Part shown: positions 8,146 through 17,465 of the stretch, piece by piece
Numbering within the stretch: the stretch's first letter is position 1
How the letters are laid out: the number at the start of each line of letters is the position of its first letter
NCBI RefSeq assembly: GCF_000014785.1
Contig: NC_008340.1
Location: 1,260,001-1,292,000, forward strand
Direction of reading: 5' to 3'
Origin: Alkalilimnicola ehrlichii MLHE-1
GTDB taxonomy: Bacteria > Pseudomonadota > Gammaproteobacteria > Nitrococcales > Halorhodospiraceae
Length of the DNA stretch: 32,000 bases
Notes under the pieces: generated by a model
The model's input: only the letters and a program-made list of their open reading frames with translations
Told to the model about the DNA's origin: nothing
Database searches by the model: none
Program-made: the position numbers and the translations under genes

Positions 8146-10173
8146 ATGACCGCCAGGTTCCAGCTCCAAAGCCGCTTCCAACCCGCCGGCGACCAGCCCA
8201 CGGCCATCGCCTCGCTGGTCGAGGGCCTCAACGCCGGCGAACGCCACCAGACCCTGCTCGGCGTCACCGGCTCCGGCAAAACCTTCACCATGGCCAACGT
8301 CATCCAGGCCGTGCAGCGGCCTGCCATGGTCCTGGCCCCCAACAAGACCCTCGCCGCCCAACTCTACGGCGAGATGCGCGAGTTCTTCCCCAAGAACCGC
8401 GTCGAGTACTTCGTCTCCTACTACGACTACTACCAACCCGAGGCCTACGTCCCGGCCTCCGACACCTTCATCGAGAAGGACGCCTCGGTGAACGAACACA
8501 TCGAACAGATGCGCCTGTCCGCCACCAAGGCCATCCTGGAACGGCAGGACACCATCATCGTCGCCTCCGTCTCCTCCATCTACGGCCTGGGCGACCCCCA
8601 GTCCTACATGGCCATGCTGCTGCACCTGGTGCGCGGCGAGACCATCGACCAGCGCCAGATCCTGCGCCGCCTGGCCGAAATGCAATACACCCGCAACGAC
8701 ATGGACTTCACCCGCGGCACCTACCGCGCCCGGGGCGAGGTCATCGACATCTTCCCGGCCGACGCCGAGGACGAGGCCGTGCGGGTGGAACTGTTCGACG
8801 ACGAGATCGAAGAGCTGTCGCACTTCGACCCCCTCACCGGCGAAGTGCTGCGCCGCGTGCCGCGCCTGACCATCTACCCCAAGACCCACTACGTCACCCC
8901 CCGCGGCCAGGTGCTGCGCGCCATCGACGCCATTAAGGAGGAACTGCGCGACCGGCTGGCGGAGCTGCGCGCCGCCGACAAACTGGTGGAGGCCCAGCGC
9001 TTGGAGCAGCGCACCTTGTTCGATCTGGAGATGATGCACGAGCTGGGCTACTGCAACGGCATCGAGAACTACTCCCGGCACCTCTCCGGCCGCGCCCCCG
9101 GTGAGCCGCCGCCCACCCTGTTCGACTACGTGCCTGAGGACGCCGTGGTCTTCATCGACGAATCCCACGTCACCATTCCGCAGTTGGGCGGCATGTACAA
9201 AGGCGACCGCAGCCGCAAGCAGACCCTGGTGGACTACGGCTTCCGCCTGCCCTCGGCCCTGGACAACCGGCCGCTGAAATTCGAGGAGTGGTTGCGCCTG
9301 GCACCCCAGTGCGTGCTGGTCTCCGCCACCCCCGGCCCCTGGGAGCATGAGCACAGCCAGCGGGTGGTGGAGCAGGTGGTGCGCCCCACCGGCCTGCTCG
9401 ATCCGGAAGTGGAGGTGCGCCCGGCGCTCAGCCAGGTGGACGACGTCTACGGCGAGATCACCGAGCGCGCCCGACGCGACGAGAGGGTGCTGGTCACCAC
9501 CCTGACCAAGCGCATGGCCGAGGACCTGACCGAATACCTGCACGAGAACGGCGTGCGGGTGCGCTACCTGCACTCCGATGTGGACACCGTGGAGCGCACC
9601 GAGATCATCCGCGATCTACGCCTGGGCGAGTTTGACGTGCTGGTGGGCATCAACCTGCTGCGCGAGGGCCTGGACATCCCCGAGGTGTCGCTGGTGGCCA
9701 TTTTGGATGCGGACAAGGAGGGGTTCCTGCGTTCCGAGCGCTCGCTGATTCAGACCATCGGCCGGGCGGCGCGTAACCTTGGCGGCAAGGCCATCCTTTA
9801 CGGTGATGAGATCACCAACTCCATGCGCCGGGCCATTGACGAGACCGAGCGGCGCCGCGCCAAGCAGCAGGCCCACAACGAGGCCCATGGCATCACCCCG
9901 AAGGGGGTGCGCAAGGACGTGGCCGATATCATGGAGCGGGGCGGCGCCCCGATACCGGGCGCGCCGCGGGGCCGTATCGACAAGGTGGCGGAAGAGGCCG
10001 CCAAGTACGGCCGTTACACCCCGGCCGAGGCGGTCAAGCGCATCAAGCAGCTGGAGAAACAGATGCGCGAGCACGCCCGCAACCTGGAGTTTGAAGAGGC
10101 CGCCCAGCTACGCGACGAGATCAAGCGCCTGGAGCGCTACGCCCTGGGCCGACCCGACGTGGCCAGCGCCTGA
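8146..10173 (+). CDS. uvrB: excinuclease ABC subunit B
   Basis: [21 protein letters not shown] aligns residue-for-residue with the E. coli UvrB N-terminus ([21 protein letters not shown]). Walker A is GVTGSGKTF, with a DESH box and the C-terminal UVR motif [16 protein letters not shown]. The track start GTG 8134 adds 4 non-homologous residues. Confidence 0.95.
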   Translation: MTARFQLQSRFQPAGDQPTAIASLVEGLNAGERHQTLLGVTGSGKTFTMANVIQAVQRPAMVLAPNKTLAAQLYGEMREFFPKNRVEYFVSYYDYYQPEAYVPASDTFIEKDASVNEHIEQMRLSATKAILERQDTIIVASVSSIYGLGDPQSYMAMLLHLVRGETIDQRQILRRLAEMQYTRNDMDFTRGTYRARGEVIDIFPADAEDEAVRVELFDDEIEELSHFDPLTGEVLRRVPRLTIYPKTHYVTPRGQVLRAIDAIKEELRDRLAELRAADKLVEAQRLEQRTLFDLEMMHELGYCNGIENYSRHLSGRAPGEPPPTLFDYVPEDAVVFIDESHVTIPQLGGMYKGDRSRKQTLVDYGFRLPSALDNRPLKFEEWLRLAPQCVLVSATPGPWEHEHSQRVVEQVVRPTGLLDPEVEVRPALSQVDDVYGEITERARRDERVLVTTLTKRMAEDLTEYLHENGVRVRYLHSDVDTVERTEIIRDLRLGEFDVLVGINLLREGLDIPEVSLVAILDADKEGFLRSERSLIQTIGRAARNLGGKAILYGDEITNSMRRAIDETERRRAKQQAHNEAHGITPKGVRKDVADIMERGGAPIPGAPRGRIDKVAEEAAKYGRYTPAEAVKRIKQLEKQMREHARNLEFEEAAQLRDEIKRLERYALGRPDVASA

Positions 10174-10248
10174 GCGCGGCCTACACCCCATCGGCCTCCG
10201 GGCCATTCACCCTTTGGGCGCCCGGCCATGCCGGGCGATAATACCGCC

Positions 10249-11100
10249 ATGTCTGAACAAGCAAACACCGAAAAACTGCAGAAGGTGCTGGCCCGCGCCG
10301 GGGTCGGCTCCCGCCGGCAGATGGAGGCCTGGATCGCCGAGGGGCGGGTCAAGGTCAACGGCCACGTTGCCCAACTGGGCGACCGGGTCACCGCCGAGGA
10401 CCGGCTGCAGGTGGACGGCCGGCCGGTGGCCCGGCGCAAGCTCCAGCCGGAGCGCCGGGTGCTGCTCTACTACAAGCCGGAGGGGCAGGTCTGCACCCGT
10501 GACGACCCCGAGGGGCGGCCCACGGTCTTTGAGAACCTGCCCGAGGCGGATGGCCGTTGGGTGGTGGTGGGCCGGCTGGACCTGAACAGCCAGGGCCTGC
10601 TGTTATTCACCACCGACGGGGAACTGGCCAATCGGCTCATGCACCCGTCCAGCGGCATCGAGCGGGAATACGCGGTGCGGGTTTACGGCGAGGTCACCCC
10701 CGAGATCCTGCGCCGGCTCCAGCAGGGCGTTACCCTGGACGACGGTGAGGCGGCCTTCACCCGCATCACGCCGGTCGTGGATTATAGGGCCCTGGGCTAT
10801 GAGGCCCCGCCCGGCAACGAGTGGTACCAGGTCACCCTGCGCGAGGGCCGTAACCGCGAGGTGCGCCGCCTCTGGGAGTCCCAGGGCCTGAAGGTGAGCC
10901 GGCTGATCCGGGTGCGCTACGGGCCGGTGAGCCTGCCGCGGGGGCTGCGTCGGGGCGAGCACCGGCCCCTGCGCGAGGGGCAGGTGGCCGCCCTCTGCCA
11001 GGCGGTGGGGTTGGAACACGAAACCCAAAAAGACAACGACAAACGCAAGGCCCCCCGGCACAAGGGGCGGCGCGGCAGAAGGCCCACCCGGCGCCGCTGA
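10249..11100 (+). CDS. rluB: 23S rRNA pseudouridine synthase B
   Basis: S4-like N-terminus KLQKVLARAGVGSRRQMEAWIAEGRVKVNG, catalytic VVGRLDLNSQGLLLFT, and a Lys/Arg-rich C-terminal tail. ATG 10249 (MSEQ...) matches the E. coli RluB start (MSEKLQKVLARAG). Confidence 0.9.
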   Translation: MSEQANTEKLQKVLARAGVGSRRQMEAWIAEGRVKVNGHVAQLGDRVTAEDRLQVDGRPVARRKLQPERRVLLYYKPEGQVCTRDDPEGRPTVFENLPEADGRWVVVGRLDLNSQGLLLFTTDGELANRLMHPSSGIEREYAVRVYGEVTPEILRRLQQGVTLDDGEAAFTRITPVVDYRALGYEAPPGNEWYQVTLREGRNREVRRLWESQGLKVSRLIRVRYGPVSLPRGLRRGEHRPLREGQVAALCQAVGLEHETQKDNDKRKAPRHKGRRGRRPTRRR

Positions 11101-11142
11101 CAGCGGCCGCCCGGCGGGCGTGGGGGCATTGGGGGGCGCCCG

Positions 11143-11910
11143 TTGGAGAACATTCCCGTCATCTATATGGTTCTGGCGCTCGCCGTGGTGCTGCTGGGCG
11201 GTCTGGTCCACGGCACTTTCGGCGTGGGCTTTCCGCTGGTCGCCACGCCGCTGCTGGCGCTGATGACCGACGTGCAGACCGCCATCCTGCTCACCCTGGC
11301 GCCGAATATCCTGGTCAACGGCTACAGTATGCTGCGCGGTGGCGGCTGGGCCGCCAGCCTGGGCCGCTTCTGGCCGATTGCCCTGTGGATGCTGGCCGGC
11401 GCGGTGGTGGGCACCCTGTGGCTGGTCTCGGTGGATCCCAACCCCTTCCGCCTGCTGCTGGCCGCGACCATGGTCTTCTACCTGACCAGCGGCCACTTCC
11501 ACCGTCTGGACTGGGGCTGGATCCGGCGCCACCCGCGCCGGTCCGGGGCCGGCTTCGGCTTCGGTGCCGGGGTTTTGGGGGGCACCGTGAACGTCGGTGG
11601 GCCGGTGCTGATGATCTTCTTCCTGGAGATGAAGGTGGCCCCGCTGGTCCTGGTCCAGGCCATCAACCTGGCCTTCTTCGTCAGCAAGATAGCCCAGGCC
11701 GGTACCTTCGCCGTGCTGGGCTATTTCGGCCTGGATCTGCTGCTCTGGTCCCTGCCGCTGGCGCTGATCAGCCTGGCGGGCCTGCGCGCCGGGATGGCCC
11801 TGCGCGACCGGGTACCGGCGGACCGCTTCCGCGGGTGGCTGCGCGGGTTGCTCTGGTTGATGGCCGGGATGCTGGTGGTGCAGTTTTTTGCCCAGTTCCT
11901 TGGGCAATGA
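11143..11910 (+). CDS. TauE/SafE (TSUP, DUF81) family anion-exporter-like membrane protein
   Basis: Polytopic hydrophobic protein. Its opening LALAVVLLGGLVHGTFGVGFPLVATPLLALM and the internal repeat GAGVLGGTVNVGGPVLMIFF are typical of the TSUP family. The start is uncertain: TTG 11143 or ATG 11167. Confidence 0.75.
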   Translation: MENIPVIYMVLALAVVLLGGLVHGTFGVGFPLVATPLLALMTDVQTAILLTLAPNILVNGYSMLRGGGWAASLGRFWPIALWMLAGAVVGTLWLVSVDPNPFRLLLAATMVFYLTSGHFHRLDWGWIRRHPRRSGAGFGFGAGVLGGTVNVGGPVLMIFFLEMKVAPLVLVQAINLAFFVSKIAQAGTFAVLGYFGLDLLLWSLPLALISLAGLRAGMALRDRVPADRFRGWLRGLLWLMAGMLVVQFFAQFLGQ

Positions 11911-11929
11911 GGGGCGAACCCGCACCGAA

Positions 11930-14236
11930 TCAGGTCTTCGGTGCCGGCAGCTGCGCCTCAAACTGCTCCGCCGGCTGTGGGCGGGCGTAGAGATAGCCCT
12001 GGGCCAGGTCGCAACCGAGCTGGCGCAGGGCGGCAGCCTGGGCCTCGGTCTCTACGCCCTCGGCGACCACCGACAGCGACAGCACCTGCCCCAACTGGAC
12101 CACCGCGGCGGCGATGGCGGCCGGGTCGCCCCCATGCTCCATGCCGTCGACGAAGCTTCGGTCCAGCTTCAGCACCGAGACCGGGAATCGGCGCAGGTAG
12201 GCCAGCGAGGAGTAGCCGGTGCCGAAGTCGTCGATGGCCAGGGAGACGCCCAGCTCGCGCAGGGCCTGCAGCGTGCGCACGGAGGTGTCCATGTCCATCA
12301 TCACCGCGGTCTCGGTGATCTCCAGTTCCAGCAGGGTAGGGGGCAGTCCGGTCCGGGTCAGGGTTGCCTTGACCTGGTCCACCAGGTCGGCCTGGCGGAA
12401 TTGGGCCGATGAGAGGTTGACCGCCAGCTGGACCGGGCGGCCCTGGTCGAGCCAGCGACGGCCCTGACGGCAGGCCGTCTCCAGGACCCACTGGCCGATG
12501 TTGACGATCAGGCCCGATTTCTCCGCCTCTGGAATGAATTGGTCCGGCGGCACCAGGCCCCGCACCGGGTGGTGCCAGCGCAGCAGTACCTCGGCGCCGG
12601 CCAGCCGGCCGGAGGCCAAGTCCACCTTGGTTTGGTAATTGAGCAGCAGCTCGCCGCGCTCGAGGGCGTGCTCCAGGTCCCGGGCCAACGACTGGCGGGC
12701 CTGGAACCGGTCGGACATGCCTCGGACGTAGACACAGGTGCCACCCTTGGCCTTGGCCTCCTGTAACGCCAGGGTCGTGGCGGTCATCAGACTGTTGGCA
12801 CTCTCGCCGTGCTCGGGGAAGCAGGCGGCCCCGGCGCGGCCGCGCAGCCGGATCCGCCGCGGCCCGATTCGCAGGGTCTTCTCCACGGCGCGGCGTGCGG
12901 TCTCGGCCACCGTGTGGATGTCCCCCTCCGCGCGGATGGCCGGCTGGATGATGGCGAAGTCGTCGCCGTAGGGACGGGCGATGATGGCGTCAGCGGGGAG
13001 CACCTCCTCCAGGCGGTGGGCCAGGGTCTGCAGGATGCGGTCACCGACCTCGTCGCCCCAGGTGGCATTGATCTCGGTAAAGCCCTGCAGGTCCACCATG
13101 TGCAGACCCACCTTATGCCCCTCGGCACGGGCCCGGTTCAGGCACTCGGTGAGGTGGTCCTGGAACAGGGTCCGGTTGGGCAGTCCGGTGAGTGGGTCGT
13201 GGGTGGCCAGGTACTCGATGCGCTCGGCGTCGCGCCGGCGGCCCTCTAACTGCCGGTAGAGGCCCCGGCCGATGCCCACCGAGAGCAGCAGGGTGATGGT
13301 CAGCAGCCCGGCGGTGGCCGCGACCACCTGCTGGTTGGTCCGCTGCAGGGACCGCGCCTCGGCGCGCAGCTCCCCCACCACCTGATCCTGAAGGCGCTCG
13401 GAGAGCGCGCGCATAGCGTCGATGCGTTGGCTGGCCAGCCCGAACCAGGTTCGGGCCAGTGCTCCGTCGTTGGGCGGGGCGTTGGCCTCCAGTAGCTGGG
13501 TGCGCAGGTCCATGAACCGGTCCTCCGCCTCCAGGTCGATCAGGTGTTCTAACCGGTATCGGTGCTCCGGGTTGGAGAGCCGGTCGAACGCGAGCTGGTA
13601 CTCTCGCTGCAGGACCACATGGTGCAGCAGGTCCTGCTGGCGAAAGCCCGGGGGGGCGTTGTCAGCGATCATGATTGCGCCCAGGGCCCGTTCCCGTCCC
13701 GCCTGCTCCTTGATTTGAAAGAGCAGTAGATAGGCGATCAGGTCATTGTCGAGCCGTTCCAGCCCGAACGGCCCGATGAGTTCGCCGATCCGGCGGATCA
13801 ATGCCTCGATGACCTGGGTGTAGACGTGGATATGCAGTTCGGGGTCGAGCTGGTGGTTATCCACCGCCTCCCGGTGGTCCTGAAGCTTGCGCAGCTCCGC
13901 CTGCAGGCGCACCATCCAGGACGGCGGATCTGGGGCCTCCTCCCGCTGCCGGCGTAGCGTATCGAGGACCTGATCGGTCTCCTCGCGGGTGGCCGTGACC
14001 AGTTCCCGCAGGCGGGTATCGCCCGGAGCGGTCAGGTAGAGACTGCCGGCGCCGCGCTCCTGTTGCAGGGCGTGGATCAGCGGGGCAATGGCCTCGGCGT
14101 GGTCGAGCTGGGTCACGCGGGCCTCCAGCTGCCGGGTGGCCTCAATACGGTCATGGACCAGAAAGCCGGCGACTGCGAGGAAGGCCATGATGGGGAGCGC
14201 GATGGCCCAGGCGATGCGCTGCGCGATCTGTCTCAA
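11930..14236 (-). CDS. membrane sensor with NIT (nitrate/nitrite-sensing) domain, degenerate GGDEF and EAL phosphodiesterase domains
   Basis: TTG start with GGGAG 8 nt upstream. Domain order is TM1, then a helical periplasmic region (…APLIHALQQERGAGSLYLT…) typical of NIT domains, then TM2. The GGDEF fold follows (THDPLTGLPNR) with the active-site motif changed to YGDDF. The EAL domain has EVLLRW, ELEITE, DDFGTGYSSL, KLDRSF and AEGVET..Q. Confidence 0.85.
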   Translation of the reverse strand: MRQIAQRIAWAIALPIMAFLAVAGFLVHDRIEATRQLEARVTQLDHAEAIAPLIHALQQERGAGSLYLTAPGDTRLRELVTATREETDQVLDTLRRQREEAPDPPSWMVRLQAELRKLQDHREAVDNHQLDPELHIHVYTQVIEALIRRIGELIGPFGLERLDNDLIAYLLLFQIKEQAGRERALGAIMIADNAPPGFRQQDLLHHVVLQREYQLAFDRLSNPEHRYRLEHLIDLEAEDRFMDLRTQLLEANAPPNDGALARTWFGLASQRIDAMRALSERLQDQVVGELRAEARSLQRTNQQVVAATAGLLTITLLLSVGIGRGLYRQLEGRRRDAERIEYLATHDPLTGLPNRTLFQDHLTECLNRARAEGHKVGLHMVDLQGFTEINATWGDEVGDRILQTLAHRLEEVLPADAIIARPYGDDFAIIQPAIRAEGDIHTVAETARRAVEKTLRIGPRRIRLRGRAGAACFPEHGESANSLMTATTLALQEAKAKGGTCVYVRGMSDRFQARQSLARDLEHALERGELLLNYQTKVDLASGRLAGAEVLLRWHHPVRGLVPPDQFIPEAEKSGLIVNIGQWVLETACRQGRRWLDQGRPVQLAVNLSSAQFRQADLVDQVKATLTRTGLPPTLLELEITETAVMMDMDTSVRTLQALRELGVSLAIDDFGTGYSSLAYLRRFPVSVLKLDRSFVDGMEHGGDPAAIAAAVVQLGQVLSLSVVAEGVETEAQAAALRQLGCDLAQGYLYARPQPAEQFEAQLPAPKT

Positions 14237-14352
14237 GACGACACTCCCTGATCGTCATGGGGAGACTGAGAAGACGATGGGGTGGAGATGGCAATAAGGG
14301 AAAACCTTACTCCAGTGTTAGTCATGACAGCGGGTTTCGCAAGGTAACGGGG

Positions 14353-15285
14353 ATGATGGGCGCCCGGAAACCGGAATGGGCTGTGTGGTCCGAGGGACTG
14401 GTGAAGCATTACGGCGGGCTGGCGGTGGTGGCCGGCGTCGACCTGGCGGTGCAGCCAGGAGAGTGTTTCGGGTTGCTGGGTCCGAACGGGGCCGGCAAGA
14501 CCACCACGTTGCGGATGCTGCTGGGGCATACCCCGCCGAGTGCCGGCACCCTGCAGGTGTTGGGCTTGCCGGTGCCGGCCCGGGCACGGGAGGTGCGTGC
14601 CCGCGCCGGGGTCGTGCCCCAGGTGGACAGCCTGGATCCGGACTTCACGGTGGTGGAGAACCTTTACACCTACGCCAGCTACTTTGGATTGCGCGGGCCG
14701 GAACTGGACCGGCGGGTGTCGGAGTTGCTGCGCTTCGCCAGCCTGGAGGGGCGCGAGGACGCCGCCATCCAGGCCCTGTCCGGGGGCATGAAGCGGCGCC
14801 TGACCCTGGCGCGGGCGCTGATCAACGATCCGGAGCTGGTGGTGCTGGACGAGCCCACCACTGGCCTGGATCCGCAGGCCCGCCAGCACATCTGGCGCCG
14901 TCTGCGGGCCCTGCTGGACCGGGGCCGCACGCTGATCCTCACCACCCACTATATGGAAGAGGCGGAGCGGCTCTGTGACCGTGTCGCCATCATCGACCAG
15001 GGACGGGTGGTGGCCAGCGATGCCCCGGGGGTGCTGATCCGCGCCCACATCGAGAACCAGGTGGTGGAGCTGGACGGGCGCGATGCAGAGCGGTGGCGGA
15101 GCTGGGGGCTGCAGCCCGATGGGGTCCGGCAGGAGGACTCGGGAGAGACAGTGCGGCTCTATGCGGCCGACGAACGGCTGCTGCTCGCATCCCTGGCCCC
15201 CTATCCGGAATTGCGCTGGGTGCACCGCCGGGCCAATCTGGAGGACGTCTTCCTGCGCCTGACCGGGCATGGGCTGAGGGACTGA
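14353..15285 (+). CDS. ABC-2 type exporter ATP-binding protein (NodI-like)
   Basis: Walker A GPNGAGKTT, signature LSGGMKRR, Walker B VVLDEPTTGLD. The start is assigned to ATG 14353 (AAGG upstream). The track start at 14257 would lie only 21 nt from the divergent gene's start codon. Confidence 0.85.
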   Translation: MMGARKPEWAVWSEGLVKHYGGLAVVAGVDLAVQPGECFGLLGPNGAGKTTTLRMLLGHTPPSAGTLQVLGLPVPARAREVRARAGVVPQVDSLDPDFTVVENLYTYASYFGLRGPELDRRVSELLRFASLEGREDAAIQALSGGMKRRLTLARALINDPELVVLDEPTTGLDPQARQHIWRRLRALLDRGRTLILTTHYMEEAERLCDRVAIIDQGRVVASDAPGVLIRAHIENQVVELDGRDAERWRSWGLQPDGVRQEDSGETVRLYAADERLLLASLAPYPELRWVHRRANLEDVFLRLTGHGLRD

Positions 15286-15288
15286 AGG

Positions 15289-16092
15289 ATGGACGGACGC
15301 GCGCGCGACGACATCACCCGGGGGCTGCGGCCGCGGCCCAGCCTGCGGTTCATCCCAGTCTGGCGGCGCAACGTGCGGGTCTGGCGCAAGCTGATGGTGC
15401 CCTCCATCCTGGGCAATTTCGGCGAGCCGCTGCTCTACCTGCTGGCCCTGGGCTACGGCTTTGGGCGGCTGGTGGGCGAGGTGAATGGCCTGCCCTATAT
15501 GGTCTTTCTGGCCTCGGGCATCGTTTGCTCCAGTGCCATGACCACGGCCAGCTTTGAGGCCATGTACTCCGCCTATACCCGGTTCTCCCAGCAGCAGACC
15601 TGGACGGCCATGCTGGGGGCGCCGCTGACGGTGGATGACATTGTGCTCGGTGAGGTGGCGTGGGGGGCCACCAAGGCCCTGATGAGCGCCACGGCCATCC
15701 TGGTGGTGGCCTCGCTGCTGGGGCTGGTGGCCGATGCGCGCGCGGTGCTGGCCCTGCCGGTGGTGTTGCTGACCGGCTTCTGTTTCGCGGCCATGGCCAT
15801 GGTGGTCACTGCGCTGGCGCGCAGCTACGACTTCTTCCTTTACTACTTTACGCTGGTGATCACCCCCATGCTGCTGCTCTCCGGGGTGTTCTTTCCCCTG
15901 GAGGCCCTGCCACAGGCGGTGGTTGCCGGTGCCTGGTGCCTGCCACTGGCGCACGCGGTGGCGCTGGTGCGGCCGTTGGTCATCGGCGAGTGGCCGGGCC
16001 TGGTTCTGGTGCACCTGGGGGTGATTGCGGTGTACGCCCTGGCAGGGTTGTCCCTGGCCACGTGGCTGCTGCGGCGCCGGATCATGAACTAG
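15289..16092 (+). CDS. ABC-2 type exporter permease (NodJ-like)
   Basis: It starts 3 nt after the ATPase stop. The six-span hydrophobic protein has the opening RFIPVWRRNVRVWRKLMVPSILGNFGEPLLYLLALGYGFG, characteristic of NodJ/ABC-2 permeases. Confidence 0.85.
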   Translation: MDGRARDDITRGLRPRPSLRFIPVWRRNVRVWRKLMVPSILGNFGEPLLYLLALGYGFGRLVGEVNGLPYMVFLASGIVCSSAMTTASFEAMYSAYTRFSQQQTWTAMLGAPLTVDDIVLGEVAWGATKALMSATAILVVASLLGLVADARAVLALPVVLLTGFCFAAMAMVVTALARSYDFFLYYFTLVITPMLLLSGVFFPLEALPQAVVAGAWCLPLAHAVALVRPLVIGEWPGLVLVHLGVIAVYALAGLSLATWLLRRRIMN

Positions 16093-16113
16093 GGCGGGCT
16101 CCGGCCGGGCGGC

Positions 16114-17427
16114 TCAGCCGAACAGGCCGTGCAGGAACCAGCGCCGGCGGCCACGGCGCTCGCGGAAGATCCACAGGCGGGCGCCGTCATGGTCGCGGGC
16201 CACGTAGTAGTCGCGGGCCACGTCGGCGCCGTCCCACCAGCCGCTCTCGATGCGCTCCGGCCCCCGCTCCAGGATCAGCGGGCCGCGGCAGACCGGCTGG
16301 CCCTGCTGCTGGCCGAGGATGCGCGGCCGCTCCAACAGCCAGGTGGGGCGGGGTTTCTGGGGGGCGGCGGCACCGGCCTGGCCCGGTGGCACCCGGCGCC
16401 AGGCCCGTTCCGGGCGGTGCTCCGGATGCACCGCCAGCCCGTGGGCGCGGGTCTCGCCCAGGCGTGCGGTCAGTCGCTCCAGCAGCACCCGCATGGGGTG
16501 ATGATCGTGGGCGGCGCGAGTGCCGGGCAGGGCCTCCGGCTCGGGCCGCAGGGGTTGGATGTCCTCGGCCAGCAGTGTGATCGCCTGTACCGGGGCGGCC
16601 AGCGGCTCCCGGGCCAGGCGTTCGCCAGCCACCCGCAGCAGACGCTCCGGGTCGCGGTCCGGCTCCGTCAGGCCGACGGTCAGCCGACTGGCGGGGCGGT
16701 GGAGGTGCTCCAGCACCAGCTCAAAGCGGGGGACACCGGCGTCCAGGCCGCGCAGCAGGCCCTGCAGTTCGTGCAGCAGCCGTTCCAGCAGGGGCAGCAG
16801 AGGGGTGAGGTTGTCCGTCTCCCGCACCAGTTCCCGGCGGCCCCGGTAGCGGGCCGGCGGCCGCCATTCGGGCAGCGGTTCGGGGCGGTGGCCCAGGGCC
16901 TGGTCCAGTTGCTGGTGGAGCGCCGGACCCAGACGACGGGCCAGTTCCCGGCGGGGCAGGGCCAGACAGTCGCCCAGGCGGCGCAGGCCCAGACCGTGCA
17001 GGGCCTGATGCTGGCGCGGTTCCAGGTCCAGCACCGCGAGGGGCAGCGGATCCAGGGCCTGGCGCAGGGCCTCGGGGCTCTGGAGGATCCGCTGTTGCCC
17101 GCAGCGCGCCAGCCAACAGGCCCCCCGGGGCGTGGGCGCCACCGCCCGCCGGGCCGTCCGGTCCAGCCGGCGCAGTCCGGTGTCAATCCTGGACAGCAGG
17201 GCCTGGAGGCCGCCGAATAGGTTCAGGCTGGCACCAATCTCCAGCACCAGCGTGGCCGGCGGCCAGGGGCAGACCCGGCTGCTGTACTGGTAGGCCCAGG
17301 CCGCCAGGTTTTCGAGGGGGTCGTCGGCCCCCTGATCGGCGGTCGCCCTGCACGCCCCCGTTGCCGGGGGCGTGCAGGGCGACTCGGGCAGGGCCTGGTC
17401 GGGCAGGTGGAGGGCCAGCCACAGCAT
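16114..17427 (-). CDS. imuB: ImuB, Y-family-polymerase-like subunit of the SOS mutasome
   Basis: MLWLALHLP... N-terminus and ...GWWDG...YYVARDHDGARLWIFRERRGRRRWFLHGLFG C-terminus are the hallmark ends of ImuB. GGAGA lies 7 nt upstream of ATG 17427. The gene is 38 nt downstream of imuA. Confidence 0.85.
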   Translation of the reverse strand: MLWLALHLPDQALPESPCTPPATGACRATADQGADDPLENLAAWAYQYSSRVCPWPPATLVLEIGASLNLFGGLQALLSRIDTGLRRLDRTARRAVAPTPRGACWLARCGQQRILQSPEALRQALDPLPLAVLDLEPRQHQALHGLGLRRLGDCLALPRRELARRLGPALHQQLDQALGHRPEPLPEWRPPARYRGRRELVRETDNLTPLLPLLERLLHELQGLLRGLDAGVPRFELVLEHLHRPASRLTVGLTEPDRDPERLLRVAGERLAREPLAAPVQAITLLAEDIQPLRPEPEALPGTRAAHDHHPMRVLLERLTARLGETRAHGLAVHPEHRPERAWRRVPPGQAGAAAPQKPRPTWLLERPRILGQQQGQPVCRGPLILERGPERIESGWWDGADVARDYYVARDHDGARLWIFRERRGRRRWFLHGLFG

Positions 17428-17465
17428 CGCGGCATCTCCATGGCCGGGGCTGGGGCCGGCCCGGC

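Noticed and set aside
7933-9573. 546-aa ORF antisense to uvrB
   Set aside because: It lies entirely opposite a gene with residue-level homology to UvrB. Its translation is a low-complexity Gly/His/Val/Gln/Ala-rich string with no recognisable motifs. This is a typical shadow frame in DNA with GC-rich third codon positions.
10219-10237. ATG 10228 as the rluB start, and hairpin CGCCCGGC-CAT-GCCGGGCG as a uvrB terminator
   Set aside because: ATG 10228 sits in the 3-nt loop of the hairpin and adds residues with no RluB homology, so ATG 10249 is preferred. The hairpin has a 3-nt loop and no T-run, so I do not call it a terminator.
10603-11961. 452-aa ORF antisense to rluB and the TauE-like gene
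   Set aside because: It spans two well-supported plus-strand genes and their intergenic gap. Its composition is dominated by Pro/Gly/Gln/His/Arg/Ala, with no motifs. High-GC shadow ORF.
14233-16014. 593-aa ORF antisense to the NodI/NodJ-like genes
   Set aside because: It sits opposite two genes with clear Walker/signature motifs and ABC-2 permease topology. Its Gln/His/Gly/Pro/Arg-rich translation looks non-protein-like.
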